Of a DNA stretch of 47,366 nt, positions 1 to 10,711 are shown piece by piece. The notes under the pieces are model-generated. The model was not told where the DNA came from, made no database searches, and saw only the letters and a program-made list of their open reading frames with translations. How positions within the stretch are numbered: position 1 is the stretch's first letter; each line of letters begins with the position of its first letter. Source of the stretch: Xylographa opegraphella (lineage: Eukaryota). The stretch spans positions 1 through 47,366 of the forward strand of contig JALDZX010000093.1 of assembly GCA_022813865.1 (NCBI GenBank), in the 5' to 3' direction. The translations under genes and the position numbers were made by a program.

Positions 1-382
1 TTTTGGGTGGGGGAGAGCAAAGTTTGAGCGCCAAGAGAATGCAAGCCTTTTGCACATCGCAATAGCTCCTTTTGTGTCCCGTGTAGCTTAATCGATCGAC
101 AAATCCACATAAAACATCGAACTATTTAATATCTCTTGCAAAGAATAGATGGACGGTTCCCGTGTATGATTACTCAAGATTTTATTGTAGCTCATCAGCT
201 CCGACTTTCACCGAGTTCGGCTTGTACGCGGCATAGATACGCTCTTATCACTCAATAGGAAACCATCAAGTCAACGCTGTTCTCTCGTCTTTTTGCTTCT
301 CAGTTGAAGGATCGATCTATAGTAACGCGCAGTGCGTTTTCTTGAATTGTAGATAGAGCATCTAGTGCCATTGGAACAGAAG

Positions 383-3071
383 ATGGAGCTTTTGATTGAA
401 GCCGTTCAACGCACTCCTATTATAGATCATCATGCTCACAATCTGCTCCTCCCTGACGAGCTGTCGGCGCATGATATGCTTTCGATGACAACTGAAGCTA
501 CTGGTCCTGCGTTAGCACATACGCCATCCACGTTGGCACATCTACGCGCCGTCAAACAGCTGGCTCAGATTCTGAGCTGTAAGCCAACGTGGGATGCTGT
601 TCAGAAACGTATTGATGAAGAGAGGAGCAAGCCGGATGATGTCTGGGCCCGGAAATGCTTCGAAGGGATTGAGACCGTTTTGGTTGATGACGGCCTGGAT
701 GGGAACATCGTTCACCCTTATGAATGGCACGATCGTGAGTCTGGAAGATAGATTCCGATTGGGTAACGAGTATATTCTCATCTTTCTGCTAGGGTTTACC
801 CGGTCGAAGTGCAAGAAAATTGTAAGGATCGAAAAGGTGGCTGAAGAGGTTATCATGATTACTGCTGCTGTATTCCTTAGAAAATATGGTGGAAATTCGG
901 AGTCTATACGTGCAACAGATTTGTCGCATCTCGTGATGAAACATTTTACTGCTGCAATGAAGAACGCCGTGAAGAATTCAGAAGTCGTGGGCTTCAAGTC
1001 TGTCATATGCTACAGAACAGGTCTGGCTATCGGCGGGCGAAAGGATTACCAAGACGCAAACCAGCTGGGTAGCGCATGGGCTGCTGTTCTGCAGCAGATC
1101 TTGCGAAATGAATTCACCAGGCTAGAAGATCCGATACTGAGTCCATTCTTTCTGCATACCGCTGTTGAACTCATTCGGGATAGTGAAGGTCGACGCATCA
1201 AACCCTTGCAGTTTCATACTGGTCTTGGAGATAACGATATCGCCCTACGATTCTCTTCTCCATCTCATCTTCAACCCTTCATCAAGGAGTATCCGGATCT
1301 ACCAATCGTGCTCCTTCACGCAAGCTACCCTTTTACAAGGGAAGCAGGCTATCTTGCCAGTGTCTACGAGAACGTGTACCTTGATATTGGGGAAGTCTTC
1401 CCTATGATTAGCCAGGAAGGGCAAGAAAGGGTTGTGTCACAGGCATTAGAGCTATGTCCGTCTGAGAAATTAACATGGAGCACCGACGGACACTGGTTTC
1501 CCGAGACCTATCTCCTCGCCGTACTTCAAGTCCGGGAAGCGCTTCAGCAGGTCCTGGGGGAGTACATCCGTCGGGAAACGCTTGAAACCGTACAAGCAGT
1601 CCAAATAGTCGAAGATATTCTCTTCGAAACTTCAAATCGGCTGTATGACCTTCAGCTCGAACTATTACCCCTACCATCAACCAGCAAAGTCAGTGGACCA
1701 CCCTCCGTCATACCCGGCAAAACTTCGTGGCCACATAACTTAGCATGTCTCACCTCCTTCCTGGATTCCAACCCCGATATTGATTTCATCCGCCTTCAGT
1801 GGCTGGACTATACATCTACTCTCCGCACCCGGATTCTTACAACCACGCAAGCCCTCTTGCTCTTCTCTCAAGGAAAGTCTATCGCCCTCGTGAGTGCTGT
1901 CTTCGGGTTATTGCAAACAGATGTACCTACACCGGGTTGTGGTGGCCCTGTTGGTGAATACAGCCTCATGCCCTGTTTTGAGAGCCTACGCCGTGGGCCA
2001 AGAAACCCTAGCTACGCTATCGTGCAGTGCGAGTTCCGCGAAAAGGAGACTATGGCGCCGGTCTCCATCTGCCCACGTACCTGTCTACGGAACATTGTCG
2101 AGAGGGCAAAAGCGGAGAAAGGCATCGAGTTCCTTGTAGGGTATGAAACCGAAGTTGTCTTTATGCATTACTCCACCCCCGCGTCGCCCGAGGACTTCAT
2201 CCAATTCGGCACCTCCCCCGTGTCTCATGCTCACGCTTGGTCTGCCACACGCGCCCTGCACAATCCGAAAATGATGCACTGCCTCGAAGCTATCATCGTC
2301 GCCCTTAAAGAATCTAATATCACACTCCAGCAATTCCACCCCGAATCAAGTCTGGGACAATACGAATTTGTCACCACCCCCCTCCCACCCCTTGCCGCCG
2401 TCGACGCCCTCATTACCACGAGGGATATCATCCAAAACATTGCATCGCAATTCGAAATGCGTGCCACCCTCCACCCTAAACCTGTCCTGACGCAGCCTGG
2501 AAGCGGCCAACATATCCATCTTTCAATGACTCAAAATGGAGACGAGCCTGCCGAAGCAGTGTATAATAACTTGTACGCAGGCATCCTCAAGTACGCCAGA
2601 GCAATCTGCGCGATTACCTACCCTTTACCTGAATCCTACAATCGCACCGGCGACGGTGTCTGGGCCGGGGGCCGATACGTAGCCTGGGGCTCCATGAACC
2701 GCGAGACGCCCCTGCGCAAACTCGAGGGCTCGCACTGGGAAGTGCGGTTCGTGGACGGGTTTGCGAACAGCTACCTCGCGCTCGCGGCACTCTTGGGTGC
2801 TGGCTTGCAGGGCTCCGATACCATGCCGAAGGACTGTACGGACGATCCGGGCACGTTGAGCAAGGCGGAGATTGAGGCGTTGGAGATTCACGAGTTGATG
2901 CCTGTGAGTGTGGAGGAGTCTTGGGAGGCTTTGGAGACGAGTCGCGGGTTGAGGGACGTGTTGGGGGAGGAGCTGTGTGAGCATTTCCTGAAGGTTAAGA
3001 GGCATGAGGGGAAGTGGATGGGGAGTGTGGACGGGGAGAGGAGGAGGAATTGGTTGATTGAGAGGTATTAA
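383..3071 (+). CDS. fluG: FluG-like developmental protein (N-terminal amidohydrolase + C-terminal glutamine synthetase/gamma-glutamyl ligase domain); 2 exons
   Basis: ATG at 383 (MELLIEAVQRTPIIDHHAHNLL). Intron 735-792 (GTGAGT...TAG) joins WHD-R-FTRSKCKKIVRIE. Amidohydrolase motifs DHHAH, VGFKSVICYRTGL, QFHTGLGD, VLLHASYP, WSTDGHWFPE. GS motifs VGYETEVVF, FHPESSLGQYEF, RATLHPKP, GSGQHIHLS, WGSMNRETPLR, HWEVRFVDGFANSYL. Confidence 0.95.
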
Positions 3072-3832
3072 GAAGTGCTGGAGCTCGGATTCGGTGGTAT
3101 GGGGGGCATTGGTGGTGGGTGGGTTTATATATGAGTGGTTAAGAGCGGGGATAGTCGACTGCGATGTTGAACTGGATGCGTAGTAAATATAGGCTATATA
3201 TCCAGGAAATTATCGATGAACGGAATTATGCATATGACTTACGATATCGGCTGTGTATATCAACCTAAATTACCTGATCTAGCTGCGCTAAGAGCGCTCA
3301 ATTGGATGTGGGTGAATGATTGTGGGGGTCAATGGAAGTGCTTCACTCCACGATCCAGAGCGGAGGAAAGCTGCGCTTCCAAACGTAGACTACGCATGAT
3401 AAGATGCCAAATATTTATGTGGGCAACCCTGGTTCAGCCGGACTACTTGTAACCCCTTCGATCTAGTTCCACGGTAGAGCATTCGGTGCATGGGGTTTGG
3501 ATATCAGTACAGTCATGGACTTCCTCAACAATGAAGCAGCTATAGTTGTCGTTCTCGGTGGGAGCTGGAATGGGTAAGACTCTGGTTCTCAGACGAGTCA
3601 CAGAACTTGGAAGATGATTATCTCGGAAGGCATGCGCGAAATCAACAATCTATTCTCATTGTCTTCAGGAAGATGCTATTTCCCTGAAATAAAATGAGTA
3701 CGGTAGCTTAGTCTCTCCTTCGTTCTACCATGGACTGTGGAAACCCCGACAACATTCTATTCCTCGCTTCCGACTCCTCTCTTGTCAATCTACGACCTCA
3801 CCGGGTGTCCCCAGCTCGCGTCCCACAGAAAC

Positions 3833-4582
3833 TTATTTCCCATAATTCTTGTACTCGTTCAGTTTATCCTTAATCCTGCGAATCTGCTCCTCCTCCTCCT
3901 CCGGATCCAACTCTTCCTCCTCCTCATACTCGTCCGCCTCTTCCGCAGCTGACTGCTGATCCATCAACTCCCGCAGCTCGTCCTCGTCATACATGCGCGG
4001 ATGAGGTGTCGGATCTCTCGTCCTCGTCTGCGTCGCAGCTCGATCCCGCCCACGAGACTCTCTACGTTCGTCATCAGGGTCACTAGTGTTGACATATCCC
4101 TGACCACTCGTGTCAGCATATCTACCTGGCATGTAGTAACGAGTCCGGCGCCAATAATCCCCAGGGTCGCGGTATTCCTCCTCGTCGACATGTTCGACCG
4201 TGGTGTCGATGCGCGCTGATGGCCCATGGATGAGGTCTCGCTCTTCTCTCGTCAGCGGGATCGGCTGCAAGTGAGCTGGCCGGGCAGCGAGCAAGGATCT
4301 CATGTAGTTTTCGTCGTTGTACTCTTGATGTATGCGGTCGATGCGTGCGGCGTCCAAGCGGCGGCGGGCGGCGTAGCGATCAGGGTCGCCACGATCGAGT
4401 TCGCAGTGGAAGATATAGTCGCCAAGGGCTTGAGCGTGCTGTGGAAGGACCATTCCTTCGTTCAGACAGTGTGGGCAATACGGTACTGAGAAGTCCAGGT
4501 TGGAATTGGATTGGGGAAAGGGACGCTGGGTATCGAAGCGGATGTGGTGATGACAGACACCGGCGACAATGGAGTAACTCAT
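3833..4582 (-). CDS. Hypothetical protein (249 aa), member A of the three-gene paralog cluster; C-x2-H...C-x2-C motif, conserved YxPGRY motif, acidic tail
   Basis: Intronless ORF from ATG 4582 (MSYSIVAGVCHHH...VPYCPHC). Contains YRDPGDYWRRTRYYMPGRYADTSGQGYVNTSD, homologous to the ORFs at 5331 and 8069. Glu/Asp-rich C-terminus. TATA-like element about 145 bp upstream. Confidence 0.8.
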   Translation of the reverse strand: MSYSIVAGVCHHHIRFDTQRPFPQSNSNLDFSVPYCPHCLNEGMVLPQHAQALGDYIFHCELDRGDPDRYAARRRLDAARIDRIHQEYNDENYMRSLLAARPAHLQPIPLTREERDLIHGPSARIDTTVEHVDEEEYRDPGDYWRRTRYYMPGRYADTSGQGYVNTSDPDDERRESRGRDRAATQTRTRDPTPHPRMYDEDELRELMDQQSAAEEADEYEEEEELDPEEEEEQIRRIKDKLNEYKNYGK

Positions 4583-4723
4583 TCTGTCGGTTGTGAATAA
4601 AGCTAGTACAGAGAGAGCGATTTGAGACTTAGCTTCTTGTTCTTCGTGTTGCAAGATCTTTGTTGGTGACTTGAGTGTATAAAGTGAGAGAAAGGTTGGT
4701 GAAAGAAATGTCGAAGTCGGGGG

Positions 4724-4731
4724 TATATATA
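4724..4731 (-). promoter_or_regulatory. Candidate TATA box (TATATATA) upstream of paralog A
   Basis: TATATATA about 145 bp upstream of the minus-strand ATG at 4582; supported by position only. Confidence 0.3.
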
Positions 4732-4830
4732 GACAAGGGTGGTCCCAGACAAAGGGACTGTGTTGGGGGAGACACATGGCTATTGTTCTTATTGATTCTC
4801 GTCAGAGTCGTAGCTGTATCGGATCTTACC

Positions 4831-4920
4831 AAGACAATAACATCCGAGAAGACAATCACATTCGAGGAGACACTGATTTCTCAGAAGACAATAACATCCG
4901 GAAATACAATAACATACAGA
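4831..4920. repeat. Degenerate 18-bp tandem repeat, 5 copies (consensus AAGACAATAACATCCGAG)
   Basis: Units at 4831, 4849, 4867, 4885, 4903: AAGACAATAACATCCGAG / AAGACAATCACATTCGAG / GAGACACTGATTTCTCAG / AAGACAATAACATCCGGA / AATACAATAACATACAGA. Confidence 0.85.
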
Positions 4921-5330
4921 CGTTTCAACCGAAAGTCGGGTCCAGAAACGTCTTCAACTGCTAGGAAGTTTAAGGACATTATATATGATCGACTATCATA
5001 TTGTCGTGCTCTCGTACTTGCAGCGTCAGTCGTGTACCTGTACAGTAAATCTCAAAAATGGGTCGACTCGAGAAATTGCACCAAGCTTCATGAACACCAT
5101 CCCCTCGACAAAGCCAGAGTTTGACACACACGTTTCATTCCTCATTACCTTCTATCCATCCATAAATGTGCTGTTCACACCACAGACATCGATTTTCATA
5201 CTTTTGCTTGCGATTCTCTTTTGCCATACTAGATTTCCAAACGTCGAGTCCTTCATCACAATTCTGTATCTCTCTGCGCCGCCTTCAACAAATCTGTCCA
5301 CCCTAAGTCGATTTCAATACCCAAGACAGA

Positions 5331-6377
5331 ATGCATTTGCCACTTTCTTCGCCATTACCTGATTCAAACGTAAATAAGGAAGACGCTTCTGCCGGACAGA
5401 CTCCAGATATCGTCATTTCATCTGTCACAAAACAGGGCACCCCCTTCCCTGCCTCGGCTACTAGTTATGTCTTAAACGATAACAACAGGGAAGAGAAGGA
5501 ATACCTGCATGCTGATGAACGTGCTCGTGAGTCGATACCGCCTAAATCTGTCAACGAAATTGCCACAGCGGTGGATCAGGTAGCCTGCGTACCCAGTTCT
5601 TTGGCTCGCGAAGCTCCGGATTCCCCACTTCACGCTACCTCTCCTGACCATCCGGTAGCAAGATGTGACGCGAATAACCACCTAGAACCTTCCACCCTTA
5701 CCACTCTGAATCCCAACTCCTGCAATAGCCTCGCGCAGGTCCTGTCTCGCAAGCGAAAGAGAGATGTTGACACTTTATGGTCGACTGTTCGAAACGAAAC
5801 CTTTAGCGTCTTCATATCCGATCATCTAGGGAACGAGGAAGCCGGGCTTCCGATGCGGAAAAAGGTCCAGCTACACCACAAAAAACAGATTGTCACTGGA
5901 TCAGGAGATGTCGAATATTTTGACGTGGTTTGTCAAATCCACGACAGTCAAGATATCAGTCTTCCTATGTCACATTGCAGGGAGTGTGGTCGTGTTAATC
6001 GTATCATCAACGATGAAATCAAAGCGTACGAGGCCTGGCTACCCTTTCAGCACAAGGGTAACAAGGGCGACATTGTGTGGAAGCAGGCAATGCGCCGATG
6101 GTTGAAGACACGTCAAGCTCTGGCCAATCACAAGGTCGAGCTGGAGGATACACGGTCGACGACTCAAGCTCGACGATCAACTCCTCTTTGCTCTAATTCA
6201 TTCTCCGCAGCTGATTCAGCTCGTAAATCAGTCCGCTACGAGCCTGCCTGTTTGACAGATGAAAACGGGTATCGGAAGCAAGATCGATATAGGAGAAAGT
6301 CTCGGCACTATATTCCTGGTAGATATAGCGCACCCGAAGGCGAGACGTGGAAAAACACTAGTAACCTATATAAATGA
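5331..6377 (+). CDS. Hypothetical protein (348 aa), member B of the paralog cluster; basic NLS-like RKRKR, putative Zn-binding motif
   Basis: Intronless ORF. RKRKRDVDTL...VFISDHL...LPMRKKVQLHHKKQIVTGSG...VCQIH...SLPMSHCREC...ANHKVE...YRKQDRYRRKSRHYIPGRYSAPEGETWKNTSN aligns by eye with the ORF at 8069. Confidence 0.8.
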   Translation: MHLPLSSPLPDSNVNKEDASAGQTPDIVISSVTKQGTPFPASATSYVLNDNNREEKEYLHADERARESIPPKSVNEIATAVDQVACVPSSLAREAPDSPLHATSPDHPVARCDANNHLEPSTLTTLNPNSCNSLAQVLSRKRKRDVDTLWSTVRNETFSVFISDHLGNEEAGLPMRKKVQLHHKKQIVTGSGDVEYFDVVCQIHDSQDISLPMSHCRECGRVNRIINDEIKAYEAWLPFQHKGNKGDIVWKQAMRRWLKTRQALANHKVELEDTRSTTQARRSTPLCSNSFSAADSARKSVRYEPACLTDENGYRKQDRYRRKSRHYIPGRYSAPEGETWKNTSNLYK

Positions 6378-8068
6378 ATTCCACAAATGGCGAAAGGCAG
6401 CGATACAACCTCTGAACTCGACACTCGCGTCTCAGAGATCTTTAACTGCATAGTTTTCAAATCCGCCGCAGAATAGGGTGCCATAATAATTCAGCATAGA
6501 CAGAGAGAAGCCCTTACTAAGCCTTTTCATGGCCAGATCTCCGGACTTGATAATGCTGTGATAGTACTCCGGATAGCGTTACGCAAGGACAAGCAGGACC
6601 TTTTGACGCTCTTGCGCTACGGGCCTTCACAACGTGGTGATTGCAGCAGAGATTGGACACGGGGTCCACGTTGAAGACAATTGTGAGATGCGCCAGAGAT
6701 CGACGTATATATACTTGGGTAATAAGTTGAAGATCTAGAAAAGAACTCGTGTGAAGTCATGAATGACTTTTTTGATCGCTAAGTATAAGCACTATCGCGA
6801 TATCGTTCTGAAGGATGGTTTATTGGAAATTGAAGGTTGAAAACACGAGAATAAATAAGGAGTTCGGCTAAATTATCCGCCGATTCCCGACCGGAGAAGG
6901 ACTTTTATGCGGAGACTGACATGATTCATTGCAATGGCATTCTCCTACTTTCATCAGTGGCAAATGGTGAAGTCTGCAAGGCGGAATGCGATCTAGCAGC
7001 CATATGGAAGAATAGTCTACAGTCATCGTTGAATTCATGCTCTTGTCCAGTGTTTGTTGTTCTTTGCTGCCGTGCTCCATAGACACTCCTTATATATGTA
7101 TCAAATCTTCCTTTGTCCAACATCTGCACAATGAAAACTTGAAGTTGTTCATATCTAGAGTGAATTCGCGAAGATAGCTCTACGAATAATCTAGTAAATA
7201 CTGATGCTAAGAGTTTTATGTCCACATATATTACTAGTCGTGATCCTCAGCGTTGTTTATTGATGTTATCGTTCCTTCGTGAATTGTGTTTTACACTGGT
7301 AAATTTACCAATGATCTGTTTAGACCATAGTACCACGAGGCTCTACCCACTGTCGACATCTATTTATGCGGTATGTGTTATTTAATTTGTGAATGAACAT
7401 AATTGCGATCTTGTAGCCTGGCCTCGGTATTATGGCTTCGGAGCAAATATCTCATTAATTATCTCTACACTACCCAATTGTTCAGTGGTAATACAGCTTT
7501 GCATCAAGTAGCTAGCTCCATTCATCTGCTGCTTGGAGCGGCATAAGCAATAACTTTTGCACTCAATGTACAGTCCGCATGGTTGATAACCATGGAAGAA
7601 ATGACTGCCGACGGTAGAGCATCGCCCTGTGCTGCCACACCTCGCTGTGATAGTGTCGAATTGGACAGCATAATTGCTCTTGGTAATCTTTGCACCCGCG
7701 ACTGGACTAGAGCCGAAGACTTGTGGAAGAATATCCGAAAGTTTCAACACGTTGGAGCCCTAATCAACACCGATCGTCATTCACATGACCTATCAATAGG
7801 GTTGACATTTAGGGGATTACTCAGGCTCAATAACTTTCTTTCTTTCCATTGTCATTCATCATCTTCATAACGATAATATTCAGCTCCTACACCTGCGAGT
7901 CGAGACACAACGACTGCCTCCAACTGTATAGTTTAATTTCTCAACTGCTTACTACTCTTCATGCTTACTATTCTTCATACTCACTACAACTACGACTTTT
8001 CATCCCTAGTCTTCTTTTTACAATACTACCAGTTCCCGTGCTCAGATCCCTCGAAGCTTGAATTCAAA

Positions 8069-9244
8069 ATGCAGGCACTTTCATTCTCCCCCATACTTGT
8101 AGCTTCGAGCATGGATAACAGCGCACTCCCATGCACACCTAGTCAGAAATACCGAACAAACGAAGAAGAACGGGAACTGCAGACGCTGCCTCGAAATGTT
8201 GCCGACGAGGGCATTGTCTGCGTATCTCGCCCATCTTCATCCCATACCAGCAGCAACATAAACAACAAATTGGAATCAGCCTCTCCACTTTCACCTTCAT
8301 CAATCACCCGTGGTGGCTGCAACCCGTATCCCTCATGTCTCTCCTTTTCATCGACCAACTCTGAAAGGTACACCGACAGACGGCTACGAGCCGCCAAATA
8401 TTTAGAAGACTTCAAAAAGTATAAGTCGAGTTTTTCTCGCTCTCCGGCATGCTCCAAACCCATGTACATGCCTTTCAGCCTGTCCCCACCAAAGCGTAAG
8501 CGAGGAGTTGATACGCTGTCGTCGTACGTCAAGAACACTCGCTATACTGTGTACATCTCCGATCGACTTGCTGACCTCGAAGACAATGAAGAAGACATGG
8601 ACTTGCCATCAGCCAAAAGAATCAAGCTACACCACAAGACAAAAATCATCACGGCATCAGGCAACGAAGAGTTCCATTCGTCAGTCTGCCAATTACACGC
8701 GGGCCTGGACACTAGCCTCCCGGTGCGTGAATGTGAGGACTGCACTCGTGTTAACAAGATTCTCAGCCTGTACCTTGAGAAGTACCAGATATACCTCGTA
8801 AGCATCGTCAAAGAGGACAAAGCCTTGGAATGGACCTTACGCAAGGCATGGGACAAGTCGCGCTGCCAATTTGCCAACCACAGACTCGAGGAGGACAATA
8901 CTATCCAGGTACCGGCTTCGCCCCTATTTAGAGAGCGATTATCATCAAAGCGGCGCAAACGACCGGTGCGAATAAACCTCTCTGACATTTCCGAGCCAGC
9001 AGTATACCGGAGTCAGGTTGAATTCCGGCGCAACACTAAGAAGTACAAACCAGGCAAGTACGCCGACACGAGCGGCAGTGGGTTCCTCAACACAAGCAAT
9101 CCCGAGCAGCAGAGACTGGATGGGTGGAAATCACCATCACTGTTACCTCTTCGTCGGGTCAAGAACCCCTTGCGTTCTTGCCTCAAGCGTCGTCGTGATG
9201 AATGTTCAGGATCGTTTTCATATATAGCAGCATCACCTCACTAG
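8069..9244 (+). CDS. Hypothetical protein (~391 aa), member C of the paralog cluster
   Basis: ATG in CAAAATG context at 8069. KRKRGVDTL...VYISDRL...LPSAKRIKLHHKTKIITASG...VCQLH...SLPVRECEDC...ANHRLE...YRSQVEFRRNTKKYKPGKYADTSGSGFLNTSN. Confidence 0.8.
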   Translation: MQALSFSPILVASSMDNSALPCTPSQKYRTNEEERELQTLPRNVADEGIVCVSRPSSSHTSSNINNKLESASPLSPSSITRGGCNPYPSCLSFSSTNSERYTDRRLRAAKYLEDFKKYKSSFSRSPACSKPMYMPFSLSPPKRKRGVDTLSSYVKNTRYTVYISDRLADLEDNEEDMDLPSAKRIKLHHKTKIITASGNEEFHSSVCQLHAGLDTSLPVRECEDCTRVNKILSLYLEKYQIYLVSIVKEDKALEWTLRKAWDKSRCQFANHRLEEDNTIQVPASPLFRERLSSKRRKRPVRINLSDISEPAVYRSQVEFRRNTKKYKPGKYADTSGSGFLNTSNPEQQRLDGWKSPSLLPLRRVKNPLRSCLKRRRDECSGSFSYIAASPH

Positions 9245-10033
9245 AATTTCAAACCGTTCCAAGAGCACAACACAGAGACTCAGCGATCAATCGTCTGAGG
9301 GATAACAAGTATGGGAACGCCACCCTCGTGCGCGCCCACCTGACGAGAACGAAATCCCCCTACCTGAGACGCAAGATGCTCGAAGAGCACTTGCAATTGA
9401 ATCGCGGGGACAAAGGAAAATCGGGATTCATAGCGGATTTCGCCCGTACATAAGAGCATCCAAAACTGCGCAAAGATGGTATTCCCTGACCAGGCTGGAA
9501 GGGCTGCAGCTAGCAAGTGTGCTGTGAATGGTAATGAGGTACCTCAATGGAGGTTCATACCATCCATCGCCACTCCTCCTACCGAGACAACCTGCTAAAT
9601 CCACATAGCAGTTCCTCGTTATGGTCGATAGTTCCAGTTAGGAATTTGAGCTTTCTCTCATCGTTTCGCGAGCCCATTTGATCGATCACGATCTTAGGAA
9701 ACTTGTTGCTTTGGCGCCACACGGCTTACCTATCAGTCAATGGCACTCTCCCACCGATCACCAACCTCTCTCTTACCCACAGCACACCATCCTTCCCGCC
9801 CTTTCGCAGCGCTCTCGGCATTCGATTGACTTCGGTGTATGTCATGCCGATGGAGCAGGCGCGAACGGGAAGGATGTGTCGTACATCGTGGTTGTTTCAC
9901 AGTGGCTGAATACGTCGAATCTATGAGTGTAGGGGAAGTTCGACGGAGTGGAGAGTCCAGAGGTGACGACCGGCATCAGGATGTTTACTGTCCCGATTAG
10001 GGATTCGGGATGATGTCTTGTTTTCCAATACGG

Positions 10034-10091
10034 TTGAGTTTTGGTCCTTGCGTTAAGTTTGAGTTTTGGTCCTTGCGTTAAGTTTGAGTTT
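10034..10091. repeat. Perfect 25-bp tandem duplication (about 2.3 copies) TTGAGTTTTGGTCCTTGCGTTAAGT
   Basis: Identical units at 10034-10058 and 10059-10083, plus a partial third. Confidence 0.9.
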
Positions 10092-10711
10092 CGTAAGTGT
10101 CGTTCGATATCACAATGATTCCAGTATCGACCGAGCATTGGGTATACAGGTCTCAAATAAAGACTGCAGACCTTGGATGAATCAACGTAAGATACAGGAA
10201 TATATATCTACCTGAGAATTGTAGCACAGATTGCCTCGCAGGCAATAAGCATTACAGTAACTCCGATCTCGCGTTTATCACCGGTTAGGCGCACACCAGC
10301 CACAGCATCTAGCCACGAAGTCCCGGCCAAGCCGATCTCATGGGCGTGGTCCAGAGACGTAGATGATTCAGCTGCGACGGCTACACTCCCGAGTCAGCGG
10401 GAGTTGGTCTACATCTGGCTGTCTTTCACGGGGAAAGGATCTGGTGGTTTGCGGTCTTTTGCTCGTGTTTGGTGCCTGAGCTTCCAACAGTGGAGACGAA
10501 GTAAGCTGGCCGCCATCGATTACGTGGCTGTGATTGGTCAATGCGAAAGGACCCCTGTCAGGCTGAGGAGTCTGGACGGCGTAGTCACAAGCGTGTGTGT
10601 GAGTGCTTGGACTTCTATAAAAGATGGAGATCTCTTCTTTCCTCGATCGATTATCTTTCATTCTTTGTCTCTCCTACCTCGATTACTTGGAGGTTTCGGA
10701 TTGTGTAGACT

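Noticed and set aside
4831..4920. 18-bp array as a CRISPR-like locus
   Set aside because: Eukaryotic context, contiguous units with no spacers, and no cas genes.
7430..7750. Cys-rich minus-strand ORF as a possible secreted effector
   Set aside because: No ATG or signal peptide and no convincing upstream exon.
9678..9926. ORF ending in WLNTSNL, like the paralog motif WKNTSNL
   Set aside because: It lacks the YxPGxY core and Cys motif and has a non-ATG start; probably chance.
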